From Dehalococcoidia bacterium (GTDB taxonomy: Bacteria > Chloroflexota > Dehalococcoidia > Lucifugimonadales > UBA3495), in assembly GCA_965203855.1 (NCBI GenBank), contig CBDBDN010000005.1:321804-385803 (forward strand): a DNA stretch of 64,000 nucleotides. Reading direction: 5' to 3'. The position numbers and the translations under genes are program-made. Shown here piece by piece: positions 1 to 9,448 of the stretch. The first letter of the stretch is position 1. Each line of letters opens with the position of its first letter. The notes below the pieces were generated by a model. The model saw only the letters and a program-made list of their open reading frames with translations. It did no database searches and was not told the origin of the DNA.

Positions 1-2
1 TG

Positions 3-338
3 CAAAGCCATCTGGACGCCGCCGACCGCAGCTTCGCCGCCGGCGACACACTGCAAGCTTCGTCGGAATTGTGGCAGGCGTCGCTGTGCGCGCTGCAAAT
101 GGTAGCCGACGCGCACGGCTGGGAATGCCGCACGGAAAAGGACTGGAACGCCATCGTCAACCGACTAGCGGTAAAGCTGGACGACCCCTATCTGCTACAA
201 GCCGGCTTGGGCGCGCCCGAACTTTTCCGCGCCAACGCCGTTTATGATTTCCTGGAGGATGTGGATGCCCGGGTGTTCCGCAAGAGCGTACCCATTTTCA
301 TCCGGAATTTACTCGAGCTGGGCGGCATGACGGACTAG
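3..338 (+). CDS. PaREP1-like small helical protein, 5' end off the window edge
   Basis: The frame is open from the left edge. SSELWQASLCALQ and a later LFRANAVYDF segment fit the PaREP1-type pattern (acidic-K/W-W-x-A ... H/R-x-N-F/V-Y). It is paralogous to the next ORF. Confidence 0.4.
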   Translation, partial: QSHLDAADRSFAAGDTLQASSELWQASLCALQMVADAHGWECRTEKDWNAIVNRLAVKLDDPYLLQAGLGAPELFRANAVYDFLEDVDARVFRKSVPIFIRNLLELGGMTD

Positions 339-342
339 CGCA

Positions 343-720
343 ATGGAATATCGGGAGCATCGGGACGCCGCTAATGATTTTCTGCGGGTTATGGACGAGG
401 GACTTGCCGCCGGGCGTCCCTTGCTGGCTTGCGAAGTGATGTGGGGCGCGGCTACCCATGCGATCCGAGCCTATGCGCGGTGGCGCGGCTGGCGGGTCGG
501 CAAATCGCCGCGTCTGGCCGAATTGGTTGAGCGGATGGTGCGGGAACAAAACGATATATTCCTGCGCGATGGGTTCTCCAAGGCGGCGCTGTTGCACGCC
601 AATTTCTACAACGGCTTTATGGATGCGGACTCCATAACGGAGAATCAGGCCATCGTCCGCATCTTTGCGGAGCGTGTGCTGGCCCTGGTTCCTGCTGATA
701 GCCCAACGGCTGGCAATTAG
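343..720 (+). CDS. PaREP1-like small helical protein
   Basis: 125 aa. CEVMWGAATHAIRAYA and ALLHANFYNGF match the same helical pattern as the upstream ORF, 4 nt after its stop. Confidence 0.4.
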   Translation: MEYREHRDAANDFLRVMDEGLAAGRPLLACEVMWGAATHAIRAYARWRGWRVGKSPRLAELVERMVREQNDIFLRDGFSKAALLHANFYNGFMDADSITENQAIVRIFAERVLALVPADSPTAGN

Positions 721-730
721 CGCGCTCCGG

Positions 731-1780
731 TTAGTCCGTGGCCGCCGGCGCCGGCCCGTCCTCGGTGTACAGATGGCAGGCCGTGAAGTGCTGCGGGCTG
801 TATTCGGTCAGCAGCGGCACGGCGCGGGAGCAGCGTTCCATAACAAAGGGGCAGCGCGGATGGAAAGCGCAGCCCTCCGGCGGGTTCAGCGGCGACGGCA
901 CTTCGCCGGCCAGCACAATTTCCTCCCGCTGCTGCCGGGGATGCGCCGGCAGCGACGCCGAAATCAGCGCGCGCGTGTAAGGATGCTGCGGGTCGGTGAA
1001 CAGCTCAATCGGCGGCGCTTCCTCCACAATTTTGCCCAGATACATCACGCCGACAATGTGGCTCATATAACGGACGGTCGCCAGGTTGTGGGCAATCAGC
1101 AAATAGCTCAAATCGTAGGCGGATTGCAACTCTTTGAGCAGATTCAGAATCTGCGCCCGGATGGAAACATCCAGCGCCGATACCGGTTCGTCCAGCACAA
1201 TCAGCTTGGGGCGGGTGGACAAGGCGCGGGCGATGGCGATGCGCTGCCGCTGCCCGCCGCTGAACTCGTGCGGATACCGCTCGGCGTGGAACGGATGCAG
1301 TCCCACCACGCTGAGCAGTTCCTGCACTTGGGAACGCACTTCCGCCCGGCTAACCCTTTGATGCGTAATCAGCGGTTCCGCGATAATCTGGTCAACGCGC
1401 ATCCGGGGATTAAGCGAGCTCCACGGGTCCTGAAAGACGGCCTGCACCGACGCCTTGAAATTGCGCCGTTCCTCTCCGGTGAAGCGGTGCATCGGGCGGC
1501 TGCCAAAGTAGATGCTGCCGTCCGTGGGGCGGTCGGCCATCAGCACCATTCGGCTGGTAGTAGTCTTGCCGCAGCCCGATTCGCCAACCAGGCTGTAAGT
1601 CTGGCCGGGCGGGATGTTGATAGAGATGCCGTCAACGGCTTTTACGGTGCCGGTGCGCCGGCGCAGCAGGTTGCCTTTGTACACCGGAAAATGGCGGCGG
1701 ATGCCTTCCAGCCGGACCAGCGGCTCCCCGACCGCGGCGTTATCCGCCGTGCCGGGCGCCGGCGTAGCGACGCTAACCAT
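731..1780 (-). CDS. Peptide-type ABC transporter ATP-binding protein (OppF/DppF-like)
   Basis: Walker A GESGCGKTT, signature FSGGQRQRIAIARAL, Walker B LIVLDEPVSALD, and a C-terminal Cys-rich oligopeptide-type tail. Start taken at the ATG at 1780 (MVSVATP), one nt after the upstream stop. Confidence 0.9.
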   Translation of the reverse strand: MVSVATPAPGTADNAAVGEPLVRLEGIRRHFPVYKGNLLRRRTGTVKAVDGISINIPPGQTYSLVGESGCGKTTTSRMVLMADRPTDGSIYFGSRPMHRFTGEERRNFKASVQAVFQDPWSSLNPRMRVDQIIAEPLITHQRVSRAEVRSQVQELLSVVGLHPFHAERYPHEFSGGQRQRIAIARALSTRPKLIVLDEPVSALDVSIRAQILNLLKELQSAYDLSYLLIAHNLATVRYMSHIVGVMYLGKIVEEAPPIELFTDPQHPYTRALISASLPAHPRQQREEIVLAGEVPSPLNPPEGCAFHPRCPFVMERCSRAVPLLTEYSPQHFTACHLYTEDGPAPAATD

Positions 1781-1781
1781 A

Positions 1782-2747
1782 TTATTCAGCCCTCCAGCAG
1801 CGGGACGAGTGGCCGGGTTGAACGATGAACTCCGGCGGGTATTCGGCGCAGCGCTCGTAAGCGTAAGGGCAGCGCGGCGCAAACGAGCAGCCCTCCGGCA
1901 GCGCGTCCAAAGACGGCGGCTGCCCCTCAATCGACGGCAGCAAATCCACATCGGTATCCAGGTCCGGCACCGACTGTAGCAGCGCCTCGGTGTAGGGATG
2001 CGCCGGCCGGTCAAACATATCCAGCACATCCGACTGCTCGACGATGCGGCCGGCGTACATCACGGCTACCCGGTCGCACATACGCGCCACGATGCCGAAA
2101 TCGTGGGTAATAAAGATGATGGCGGCGCCGGTCTGCTCTTGAATGTCCTTGAGCAAGCGCAGGTATTGCAACTGGATCGTGGCGTCCAGAGAGGTGGTCG
2201 GCTCATCGGCAATCAGCAGGTTGGGCGCGCGGGATATTGAGATGGCGCCGACGACGCGCTGGCGCATCCCGCCGCTCATCTGATGGGGGAAGTTGGCGAG
2301 ACGCTCCTCCGGCGCCGGGATGCGGACATTGTCCAGCAGCCGGGCGGCGCGGTCGCGCAGCGAGCGTTTAGGTTCGTTGTACTCCAGCCGTAGGGTTTCC
2401 AGCAGCTGGTCGCCCACAGTGAACACCGGATTGAGCGAAGTAAGCGGATCCTGCATAACCATGCAGATGCCGGAGCCGCGGATTTCCCGCATTTCGGCGC
2501 GGCTCTTTTCCAGCAGGTTTTCGCCCAGATAGTCAATGCGGCCGCCGATGATGCGGCCCGGGTGGGGCACCATACCCAGGATTGACCAGGCAGTCATACT
2601 CTTGCCGGAGCCGGATTCGCCGACGATGCCCAGAGTTTCGCCCCGCCGCAGGTCAAAGCTGATGCCGTCCACTGCCTTGACCACGCCGGTGCGCGTAAAG
2701 AAATGGGTTTGCAGTTCCTGAACGCTCAGGATTACATCGTCAGTCAT
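1782..2747 (-). CDS. Peptide-type ABC transporter ATP-binding protein (OppD/DppD-like)
   Basis: GESGSGKSM Walker [13 protein letters not shown] signature, [12 protein letters not shown] Walker B, and a C-terminal [11 protein letters not shown] motif. Confidence 0.9.
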   Translation of the reverse strand: MTDDVILSVQELQTHFFTRTGVVKAVDGISFDLRRGETLGIVGESGSGKSMTAWSILGMVPHPGRIIGGRIDYLGENLLEKSRAEMREIRGSGICMVMQDPLTSLNPVFTVGDQLLETLRLEYNEPKRSLRDRAARLLDNVRIPAPEERLANFPHQMSGGMRQRVVGAISISRAPNLLIADEPTTSLDATIQLQYLRLLKDIQEQTGAAIIFITHDFGIVARMCDRVAVMYAGRIVEQSDVLDMFDRPAHPYTEALLQSVPDLDTDVDLLPSIEGQPPSLDALPEGCSFAPRCPYAYERCAEYPPEFIVQPGHSSRCWRAE

Positions 2748-2818
2748 TGAACACCTGTCAATCCGGGTCTGCCAATTCGGGGAAGGTATAGATAGCGTCG
2801 GGCTACAATACCTGTTGT

Positions 2819-3616
2819 TTATGCGCCGCGCAACCGCCGCAGTTCGGCTTGCAGGCGGGCGACTTCCGCTTCCGCAGTTTGCCGCCGATTACGCTCGGCC
2901 TGCGTCGCGGCTTCGGCGGCCTGCGCTATGGCTTCGGCGGCCTGCGCTGCGGCTTCGGCGGCCAATCTCCCCCGCTGCTGCTCCAGCACATTGCCCAGGA
3001 ATTCACCGGTGGACGGGTTGCGGAACCACAAGCGGTCGTCGGTTGCCCATAAATCAAGCCCCAGCGTTGGGCTGTATCCCCAAACCGCGCCCGACGGGTC
3101 ATCATGCAGCTCAACCGGAATGTAAGCGCCATCCGCCAGATATTCGCCGGCCAGCAGTTGGCCGTACAACTCACCGCCGCTAGGGTCGTAGCGCCAGTAT
3201 TCGCCGATGCCGACCCGCGCATACAAATCCCGCTTGTAGCCCAAATCGTTCTGCCAAGTGCTTTTGGAGCCGATTTCCAGGGCGAAGGCCGGCGGCTGGC
3301 CGAAATCCCAGATGCGGTAGGCGTAGGGCCACCACAAGCGGTCGGCGTTCTCGCCAAACACTACATAGCAATCGGGGATGAACACGGCGTCGGGGTTGCC
3401 CTCCTCGTAATAGACGCCGGTGTTGCCGGAAACGAACACATCGGAGCGGTCGCCGAACCAGCTGCGGATGGCTTCCATAATGTCATTGCGGGGGCGTTCC
3501 TGCATTTCGGGATCCGGCAGCGGGGATAGGATTTCCGGGTAGGCGTCCAGCAGGTCATCGTCAATATGCGCTGGCAGGGGCGGGTAGCGGTAGTAGTAGC
3601 GGGATTTGACAACCAT
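2819..3616 (-). CDS. Uma2-family (DUF820) putative endonuclease with a C-terminal coiled-coil tail
   Basis: The Uma2 core reads VFVSGNTGVYYEEGNPDAVFIPDCYVVFG ... ALEIGSKST ... KRDLYARVGIGEYWRYDP. An Ala/Glu-rich tail ends in ARLQAELRRLRGA. Confidence 0.85.
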   Translation of the reverse strand: MVVKSRYYYRYPPLPAHIDDDLLDAYPEILSPLPDPEMQERPRNDIMEAIRSWFGDRSDVFVSGNTGVYYEEGNPDAVFIPDCYVVFGENADRLWWPYAYRIWDFGQPPAFALEIGSKSTWQNDLGYKRDLYARVGIGEYWRYDPSGGELYGQLLAGEYLADGAYIPVELHDDPSGAVWGYSPTLGLDLWATDDRLWFRNPSTGEFLGNVLEQQRGRLAAEAAAQAAEAIAQAAEAATQAERNRRQTAEAEVARLQAELRRLRGA

Positions 3617-3689
3617 AGCAGAGCCTCAATCATACATACGGCCAGCCGAGCTGGGGCCGAGAATTGGCCATTCGGTTGAGCAGTTCCAC

Positions 3690-4445
3690 TTATGCGCCGC
3701 GCAACCGCCGCAGTTCGGCTTGCAGGCGGGCGACTTCGGCTTCGGCAATCTGCCGCCGGCTGCGCTCGGACTGCGCGTCGGCTTCGGCAGTGATGCGGCC
3801 TTGCTGCTGTTCCAGGACATTGCCCAGGAATTCCCCGTTAGCCGGATTGCGGAACCGCAGCCGGTCTCCGGCGGCCCACAAGTCCAGCCCCAGCGTTGGG
3901 CTGTATCCCCAAACTGCGCCCGACGGGTCATCATGCATCTCAAACGCGATGTAAGCGCCATCGGCCAGATGTTCGCCGGCCAGCGGCTGGCCGTACAGCT
4001 CGCCGTCATTGGGGTCGTAACGCCAGTATTCGCCGATGCCGACCCGCGCATACAAATCCCGCTTGTAGCCCAAATCATTCTGCCAAGTGCTTTTGGAGCC
4101 GATTTCCAGGGCAAAGTCCGGCGGCTTGCCGAAATCCCAGATGCGGTAGGCGTAGGGCCACCACAAGCGGTCGGCGTTCTCGCCAAACACTACATAGCAA
4201 TCGGGGATGAACACGGCGTCGGGGTTGCCCTCCTCGTAATAGACGCCGGTGTTGCCGGAAACGAACACATCGGAGCGGTCGCCGAACCAGCTGCGAATGG
4301 CTTCCATAATGTCCTGTCGGGGGCGTTCCTGCATTTCGGGATCCGGCAGCGGGGATAGGATTTCCGGGTAGGCGTCCAGCAGGGTATCGTCCAGCGTAGC
4401 CGGCCATCCGGCAGGGTAGCGGCGGGTTCGCACTTTGGTAGTCAT
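3690..4445 (-). CDS. Uma2-family putative endonuclease, tandem paralogue
   Basis: Near-identical central core to 2819..3616 at both protein and DNA level, with the same C-terminal ARLQAELRRLRGA. Confidence 0.85.
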   Translation of the reverse strand: MTTKVRTRRYPAGWPATLDDTLLDAYPEILSPLPDPEMQERPRQDIMEAIRSWFGDRSDVFVSGNTGVYYEEGNPDAVFIPDCYVVFGENADRLWWPYAYRIWDFGKPPDFALEIGSKSTWQNDLGYKRDLYARVGIGEYWRYDPNDGELYGQPLAGEHLADGAYIAFEMHDDPSGAVWGYSPTLGLDLWAAGDRLRFRNPANGEFLGNVLEQQQGRITAEADAQSERSRRQIAEAEVARLQAELRRLRGA

Positions 4446-4590
4446 AGCAGCGTCTCAAACCGGAGTGTACCCAAGGCATACCTTACGACAGCGGCCGTTT
4501 GCGCCGGCGTCAAAAAGTGGCTGCCGCGCTTCCGGCCTTTGGCGCCTATTATACCCGATACTTGCGCCAGGGTTGACGGCTGGCCGGCCG

Positions 4591-5488
4591 TCAGCGCGCC
4601 CGCCGCAGCCGCGGGTCAAGGTAGTCCCGTAGCCAGTCGCCAAAGAAATTGAACGCCATTACCACGACAGTGATAATCAAGCCGGGGAACAGGGCCAGCC
4701 ACCACGCCTGCGTCAGGAACTCTTTGCCTTCGGCAATCATTATGCCCCAGGCCGGGTCGCCTACTTTGAGGCCCAGCCCCAGGAAGCTCAACGAGGCTTC
4801 CAGCAAGATGACCTGGCCGATGCTGACGCTGGTCAACACCATCAGCGTGTTGATGACATTGGGGAACAGATGCCGCCAGACAATCATTGAGGAGGAGACG
4901 CCGTAGATTTGGGCCAGGATGACGAAATCGCGGTCGCGTACCGACAGCACTTCGCCGCGTATCATCCTGGCGAACCGCGCCCACTGCGTAGCGGCAATGG
5001 CAATCATCACATTCCAGACGCCGGTGGCCCAGGTAGGATACAATCAGCAGGGCCACCAGGATAGAGGGGAATCCCAGCACGGCGTCGGTAATCCGCATCA
5101 GTATGGAGTCCACCCAACGGCCGGAATAGCCGGAAACCAGCCCGACTACCGTGCCGGCCAGGATGGCCACGGCGATTGACGGGACGGTAACCTGCAACAT
5201 CGTCCGCGCCCCGAAAATGAGGCGGCTCAACATATCCTTGCCCAGGCGGTCGCTGCCGAGGATATGCTCGGTGCTGGTGAACGGCGGTTGCTGCTTGTTG
5301 CGGACGTCGTTTTCGCGCGGATCGTAGGGCGCAATCAGGTTGGCGAAAACGGCGCAGAAAACGATAACCAGCAGAATGGCAATCGGAATCCACGGCAGCC
5401 GGGCGTCGCGGATACGCTGCGCCAGGCTCGGGCGGGCGCGCGCTTCAAGCAGCAGGATGGGGTTTTCAGCGGTCAAAACGCGCTCCAA
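4591..5488 (-). pseudogene. ABC transporter permease (OppC/DppC-like), apparent frameshift near 5024-5030
   Basis: The N-terminal half is in ORF 4616..5488 (up to GFPSILVALLIVSYLG). The C-terminal half is in ORF 4591..5043 (TGVWNVMIAIAATQWARFARMIRGEVLSV...DYLDPRLR). The two frames join at a short C/G run (gggccacc). Confidence 0.8.
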
Positions 5489-5519
5489 AGTTCCGGTGCG
5501 ATGCGTGCTTTATCATCAT

Positions 5520-6062
5520 TCAGAAAGATTGGTCTTGAAAACGGGAGCGCAAAGGCTCGGAAGCCGGGTCTTTCAATTCCTCGACGATGAGCTGGCAGAT
5601 ACGGGTTCCCGGAATGAGGCGGCAAACGAATGGGCCAACATTGGAGATTTCCAACCGAATGCTGCCGCGAAAATCAGCGTGGACAGTAGGTGCGGTTTGG
5701 TGTATTGACAAACCAAACCGTGCGATTGAGCTTTTGCCTTCGACTCTTGCCGCCAGATGCAACGGCATAGCCACGCGTTCCAAAGTACTGGTCAGCGCAA
5801 ATGCGCCCGGCGGCAGTTCCAGATATTCACCATCCGGCACCTCTTTGTTTATACCGTAGCGGACTGCTGTGGCTTCCGGTTCGGTCTGTCCGATGGTTAC
5901 GAAAATGCCGGCGCCGGGAATGGGCTGTTCAAATACCGAGAACCGGCTCCCCAGCCGCAAGTCCACCGCCGAAGTCGCAAACATCGCCTTTTCCGGCAAT
6001 GGGTCGATAATCAGCTGCCCGGACTGCAAAGCGTCGGCAATGTTCTGTCCGCTGTAAATCAT
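5520..6062 (-). CDS. dCTP deaminase / dUTPase-superfamily protein
   Basis: 180 aa from the ATG at 6062. LIIDPL, SAVDLRLG, PGAFALTSTLERV, ARVEGKSSIARFGLSIH and FRGSIRLEISN match the Dcd-type layout. The ATG overlaps the upstream TGA (TGATG). Confidence 0.75.
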   Translation of the reverse strand: MIYSGQNIADALQSGQLIIDPLPEKAMFATSAVDLRLGSRFSVFEQPIPGAGIFVTIGQTEPEATAVRYGINKEVPDGEYLELPPGAFALTSTLERVAMPLHLAARVEGKSSIARFGLSIHQTAPTVHADFRGSIRLEISNVGPFVCRLIPGTRICQLIVEELKDPASEPLRSRFQDQSF

Positions 6063-6388
6063 CACCACCAACCATCAACCACGGTAATTCCCTGCTCCGC
6101 TTTCGGCACACGCAAGAATTCCGTGGACTGGACGGTTTCCTCCGGTATCAGGACGTGCCAGTCGCCATTGTCATAATCGCCAACGATGATGGCTTTGAGC
6201 CATTTTTCGGCGACGTTGACAGAGTAGTCCGGCATCCAGCCGTGATAAATCTGGTCGCCGAGTACAAAGGATACGGTGAACTCCTCCGGGAACCAGCTGC
6301 TGTCGGCGACGGAACGCAGCCTGATTTTAGCGGCGGCTTTCTGTTTCCGGTCAGTAGGCCAATCCCAGTTGATTTTGGCGGTGGTCAT
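6062..6388 (-). CDS. Hypothetical 108-aa protein, translationally coupled to the dCTP-deaminase-like gene
   Basis: ATG at 6388 (MTTAKINWDWP...). Trp-rich with no family recognised. Its stop overlaps the start of the downstream gene. Confidence 0.55.
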   Translation of the reverse strand: MTTAKINWDWPTDRKQKAAAKIRLRSVADSSWFPEEFTVSFVLGDQIYHGWMPDYSVNVAEKWLKAIIVGDYDNGDWHVLIPEETVQSTEFLRVPKAEQGITVVDGWW

Positions 6389-6459
6389 TATGGTGTTCCC
6401 CGGTTTGCGAAAGTGAGGCGGGATAGTAGCGTTCCAAACCGAACCCGTCAACCGCAAAC

Positions 6460-7425
6460 CTACCCCAGCCGCACCCGCGGGTCGGCGTAGCCGTACAGGA
6501 TGTCCACCACCAACGCGGTCAGGATATAGGCCGCGCCGGATACCATAATGGCGCCGAGAACCTGCGGGTAGTTGTTGGACAGCACCCCGTCCAGCAGCAT
6601 CAGCCCGACGCCGGGCCAGGCGAACACCACTTCCACCACTACCGAGCCGTTGAGCAGGCCGGCCAGGCTGATGCCGCCAAAGGTGATGACGGGTATCAGC
6701 GCATTGCGGGCGGCGTGTTTCCAGATAACCGCCCGCTCGCCCATGCCTTTGACCTGGGCGAATTTGACATAGTCGGTGTCCAGCACTTCCAGCATTGCGG
6801 AACGGGCCAGCCGCATTATGGCGGCGATGATGGCCAGGGCCAGCACCGAGGCCGGCAGTATCAGATGGAGCAGCATATTGGGGATCTGCGACCATTCGGG
6901 CAGCCAGCCCTGCGTATCGCCGCGTCCAAAGGCCGGCAGCCAGCCCCAATAGCCGGCGAACAGGATAATCAGCATTATGGCAATCCAGAACTGCGGTGCC
7001 GCCATTCCGAATACGGCGAAGGCTTTGCAGGCGCGGTCCAGCAGGGTGTCGCGCTTGACTGCCGAGATGATGCCTAACGGCACGCCGACGCCGATGGCGA
7101 GGATGATGCCGGACAGAGCCAGATGCACCGTCGCCGGGATGCGTTCCAGCAGTATTTCCTGCACCGGACGGCGCGCCGTAAAGGAGTTGCCGAAGTCCAG
7201 CCGCACCGCATTTTTGAGGAAGTTCCAGTACTGGATGATGAACGGCTTGTCCAGCCCCAGGGCGGCTTTCTGCTTTTCGTACACCGCCTCGTCGTGGTCC
7301 TCGGAGATGGGCAGCAGGAAACGGGCCGGGTCGCCGGCCAGGTGGACGCTGCCGAAAACGACGAAGCTGAGGGCGATGAGGGTAATGACGCCCTCAATCA
7401 GGCGGCGGGCGATGTAGCCGGTCAT
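6460..7425 (-). CDS. ABC transporter permease (OppB/DppB-like)
   Basis: MTGYIARRLIEGVITLI start, multi-TM, EAA-like region, and a C-terminal YGYADPRVR typical of OppB/DppB. Confidence 0.9.
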   Translation of the reverse strand: MTGYIARRLIEGVITLIALSFVVFGSVHLAGDPARFLLPISEDHDEAVYEKQKAALGLDKPFIIQYWNFLKNAVRLDFGNSFTARRPVQEILLERIPATVHLALSGIILAIGVGVPLGIISAVKRDTLLDRACKAFAVFGMAAPQFWIAIMLIILFAGYWGWLPAFGRGDTQGWLPEWSQIPNMLLHLILPASVLALAIIAAIMRLARSAMLEVLDTDYVKFAQVKGMGERAVIWKHAARNALIPVITFGGISLAGLLNGSVVVEVVFAWPGVGLMLLDGVLSNNYPQVLGAIMVSGAAYILTALVVDILYGYADPRVRLG

Positions 7426-7562
7426 AGCGTATCAGTCCCGGAATTGGCGGGGGTAAGCGGCATTGAGCTGCGAATTGAATCGGATTTTAGATTACCGGAT
7501 TTTAGATTAGACGGAACTACGCTGCGCTGATTGATGTTGTCAAGGGTTTGATGCAGGCGTCG

Positions 7563-7590
7563 CCGGGGCGGGCTTTTAGACCCGCCCCGG
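7563..7590 (-). other. Intercistronic GC-rich stem-loop between the binding-protein and permease genes
   Basis: CCGGGGCGGG-N8-CCCGCCCCGG about 30 nt after the binding-protein stop. No U-tract follows. Confidence 0.4.
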
Positions 7591-7618
7591 CCGGTTGGCG
7601 TACCGTTGGCCGGCTGCC

Positions 7619-9448
7619 TTACTTGAGCTGCACCGTCCAGATGGCGGTTACATAAGGCACCAGGCTCCAAGGTTCGTAGGAGGCCACGTCGGCGCCCAGT
7701 CCCCAGGGTACATTGGTGTTGAAGCCGTCGCCCCAATACGCCTGGTCGTACAGGTAGGCGTACATTTCGTTGTACGACTGCTGCCGGGTGTCGGGGTTGA
7801 GGTCGGCGAGGCCCTCAATCACTACCGGGGTAGTGGTGCTGGCCCACGGCTCCTTTACGGGGTCGTCGATGGCGCGCCAGGCGATGGCCTTGTTGTTGTA
7901 CGCGCCTTGGGTGATGGAAGTGCCGTCGTAGCGGGCTTCGTTGGTGCGTACCAGGACGTCGCCGGGGTATTCGCGGTTGTTCCATGCCTGACGGGTGGCG
8001 GCGGCGGCGCCGACCACTACTTCAACATCCCAGCCGAGTTCGTCCCAGAAATCCTTGTAGAGCTGGGCCAGGTCGGGCAGTCCGGGCAGGTCGCCGGCTT
8101 CCCAGGTATAGACGGTGAAGGAGATCTGCTCGCCGTTGGCGTCGGTGCCGTCCAGTCCGGTTTCGCCGCCGTAGCCGATGGACTTCAGCAGTTCGGCCGA
8201 CTTGTCCAGGTCATAGGGACGCGGCTCCAGGTTCGGCCCCCAGCCCAGGGAGTTGGGGGTTACATGGGACCAGCTGTTGGCGTTGATGGCCTCGGGGGAG
8301 TAGAGGTCGTTGACGATGGACTGCTTGTCCAGGGCGTGTTCGGCGGCCTGGCGGGCTTCCTTGGGGTAGCACCACAGCGATTCGTTCCAGCAGTCCACAT
8401 AGACGACCCAGTTGTAGGAGGATTCGTTTTGCCAGGCGATGCTGGCGCCGTCAATGTTGTTGATGTCATCCACCATATTGATGTTGGCTTCAATCAACTG
8501 GGCGGTGCCGGAGCGGAGGGCGGCCTGTCGGGAGGCGGGTTCCGGCACCACATCCATCGTCAGGGTGTCAAATCCGACGCGGCGATCTTCGTCATAGCCG
8601 TTGCCGGGATGCCAGAAAAAGTCGTCAAACCGCTCAAAGGCGTACTTCTGCTCCAGGATGGAATCGGCCTTGTTGACGGTCATCGAGCCGATGCCGATGG
8701 GGTTGTCCTCGTAGCAGGCGAACCCGACGTTGTCGGCAACATCGGCGCAGGCGCGCATGGCGGATTCGGGGACAATCATCGGGTCGGCGCCCTGGGCGTT
8801 TTCGGACCAGTTGAAGGCGAAGTCCAAGCGCACGGTATTGAAAGTTACCGAGACCTGGTTGTCGGCCGGGCCTTTGTCCACGCTGTCCACGCGCTCGGCG
8901 AAAGCGACGTCGCGCGGTTCGTAGTAGCCGGCTTCCAGCAGTTCCTGGGCTTCCAGGCCCATGCGGCTGTCCAGATTAAAGAACACGTCGTCGCGGGTGA
9001 TGGTGTCGCCGTTGTGGGCCTGGATGGTGTTCTCTTTGATGTCAAAAGTCCAGACCAGGCCGTCATCGCTTACCGACCATTTTTCGGCGACGGCGGGGGT
9101 AAGTTCGCTGCCGCCCTTGCCGCCGACGAGGGCGACCTGGAACATCCGCTGGAACTTGAGATCTTCGCCCTCAGTGAGGAACGGGTCGTACTTGCCGTTG
9201 CCGATGTTGGTAATCAGGACGGTAACATCGCCGCCGGATGATTCGGACATCATTGCATCGGTAGGGGCCGGCATGGCGGTGGGGGCGGCGCTGGCGGGGG
9301 CCGATGTGGCGGCGGGGGCCGCGGCGGAGCCGGAGCTGGCCGGGGCGGGTTCATCGGACGCGCCGCTACAGGCGACTGCGGCGATGAGCCCGGCAGAAAG
9401 CCCGGCGGCCAGCAGCAGCCTCCAGTTCAGAAATCGTTGCAGTGGCAT
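7619..9448 (-). CDS. ABC transporter substrate-binding lipoprotein (family 5, OppA/DppA-like)
   Basis: Start at the ATG at 9448 (MPLQRFLNWRLLLAAGLSAGLIAAVACSG, lipobox-like). Ala/Pro/Ser linker followed by a long solute-binding domain. Confidence 0.88.
   Translation of the reverse strand: MPLQRFLNWRLLLAAGLSAGLIAAVACSGASDEPAPASSGSAAAPAATSAPASAAPTAMPAPTDAMMSESSGGDVTVLITNIGNGKYDPFLTEGEDLKFQRMFQVALVGGKGGSELTPAVAEKWSVSDDGLVWTFDIKENTIQAHNGDTITRDDVFFNLDSRMGLEAQELLEAGYYEPRDVAFAERVDSVDKGPADNQVSVTFNTVRLDFAFNWSENAQGADPMIVPESAMRACADVADNVGFACYEDNPIGIGSMTVNKADSILEQKYAFERFDDFFWHPGNGYDEDRRVGFDTLTMDVVPEPASRQAALRSGTAQLIEANINMVDDINNIDGASIAWQNESSYNWVVYVDCWNESLWCYPKEARQAAEHALDKQSIVNDLYSPEAINANSWSHVTPNSLGWGPNLEPRPYDLDKSAELLKSIGYGGETGLDGTDANGEQISFTVYTWEAGDLPGLPDLAQLYKDFWDELGWDVEVVVGAAAATRQAWNNREYPGDVLVRTNEARYDGTSITQGAYNNKAIAWRAIDDPVKEPWASTTTPVVIEGLADLNPDTRQQSYNEMYAYLYDQAYWGDGFNTNVPWGLGADVASYEPWSLVPYVTAIWTVQLK

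Noticed and set aside
665-1828. 387-aa plus-strand ORF
   Set aside because: It is antisense to a clearly recognisable ABC ATPase gene, is Arg/Ala/Gly-rich and has no motifs. It is a typical high-GC shadow ORF.
5520-6062. Calling this gene a plain housekeeping dcd or dut
   Set aside because: This is not rejected outright. The context (coupled unknown partner, insertion inside an ABC operon) makes a housekeeping label unsafe, so no gene symbol is assigned.
7595-9241. 548-aa plus-strand ORF
   Set aside because: It is antisense to the substrate-binding protein gene and has a Gly/Val/Ala-rich low-complexity translation.
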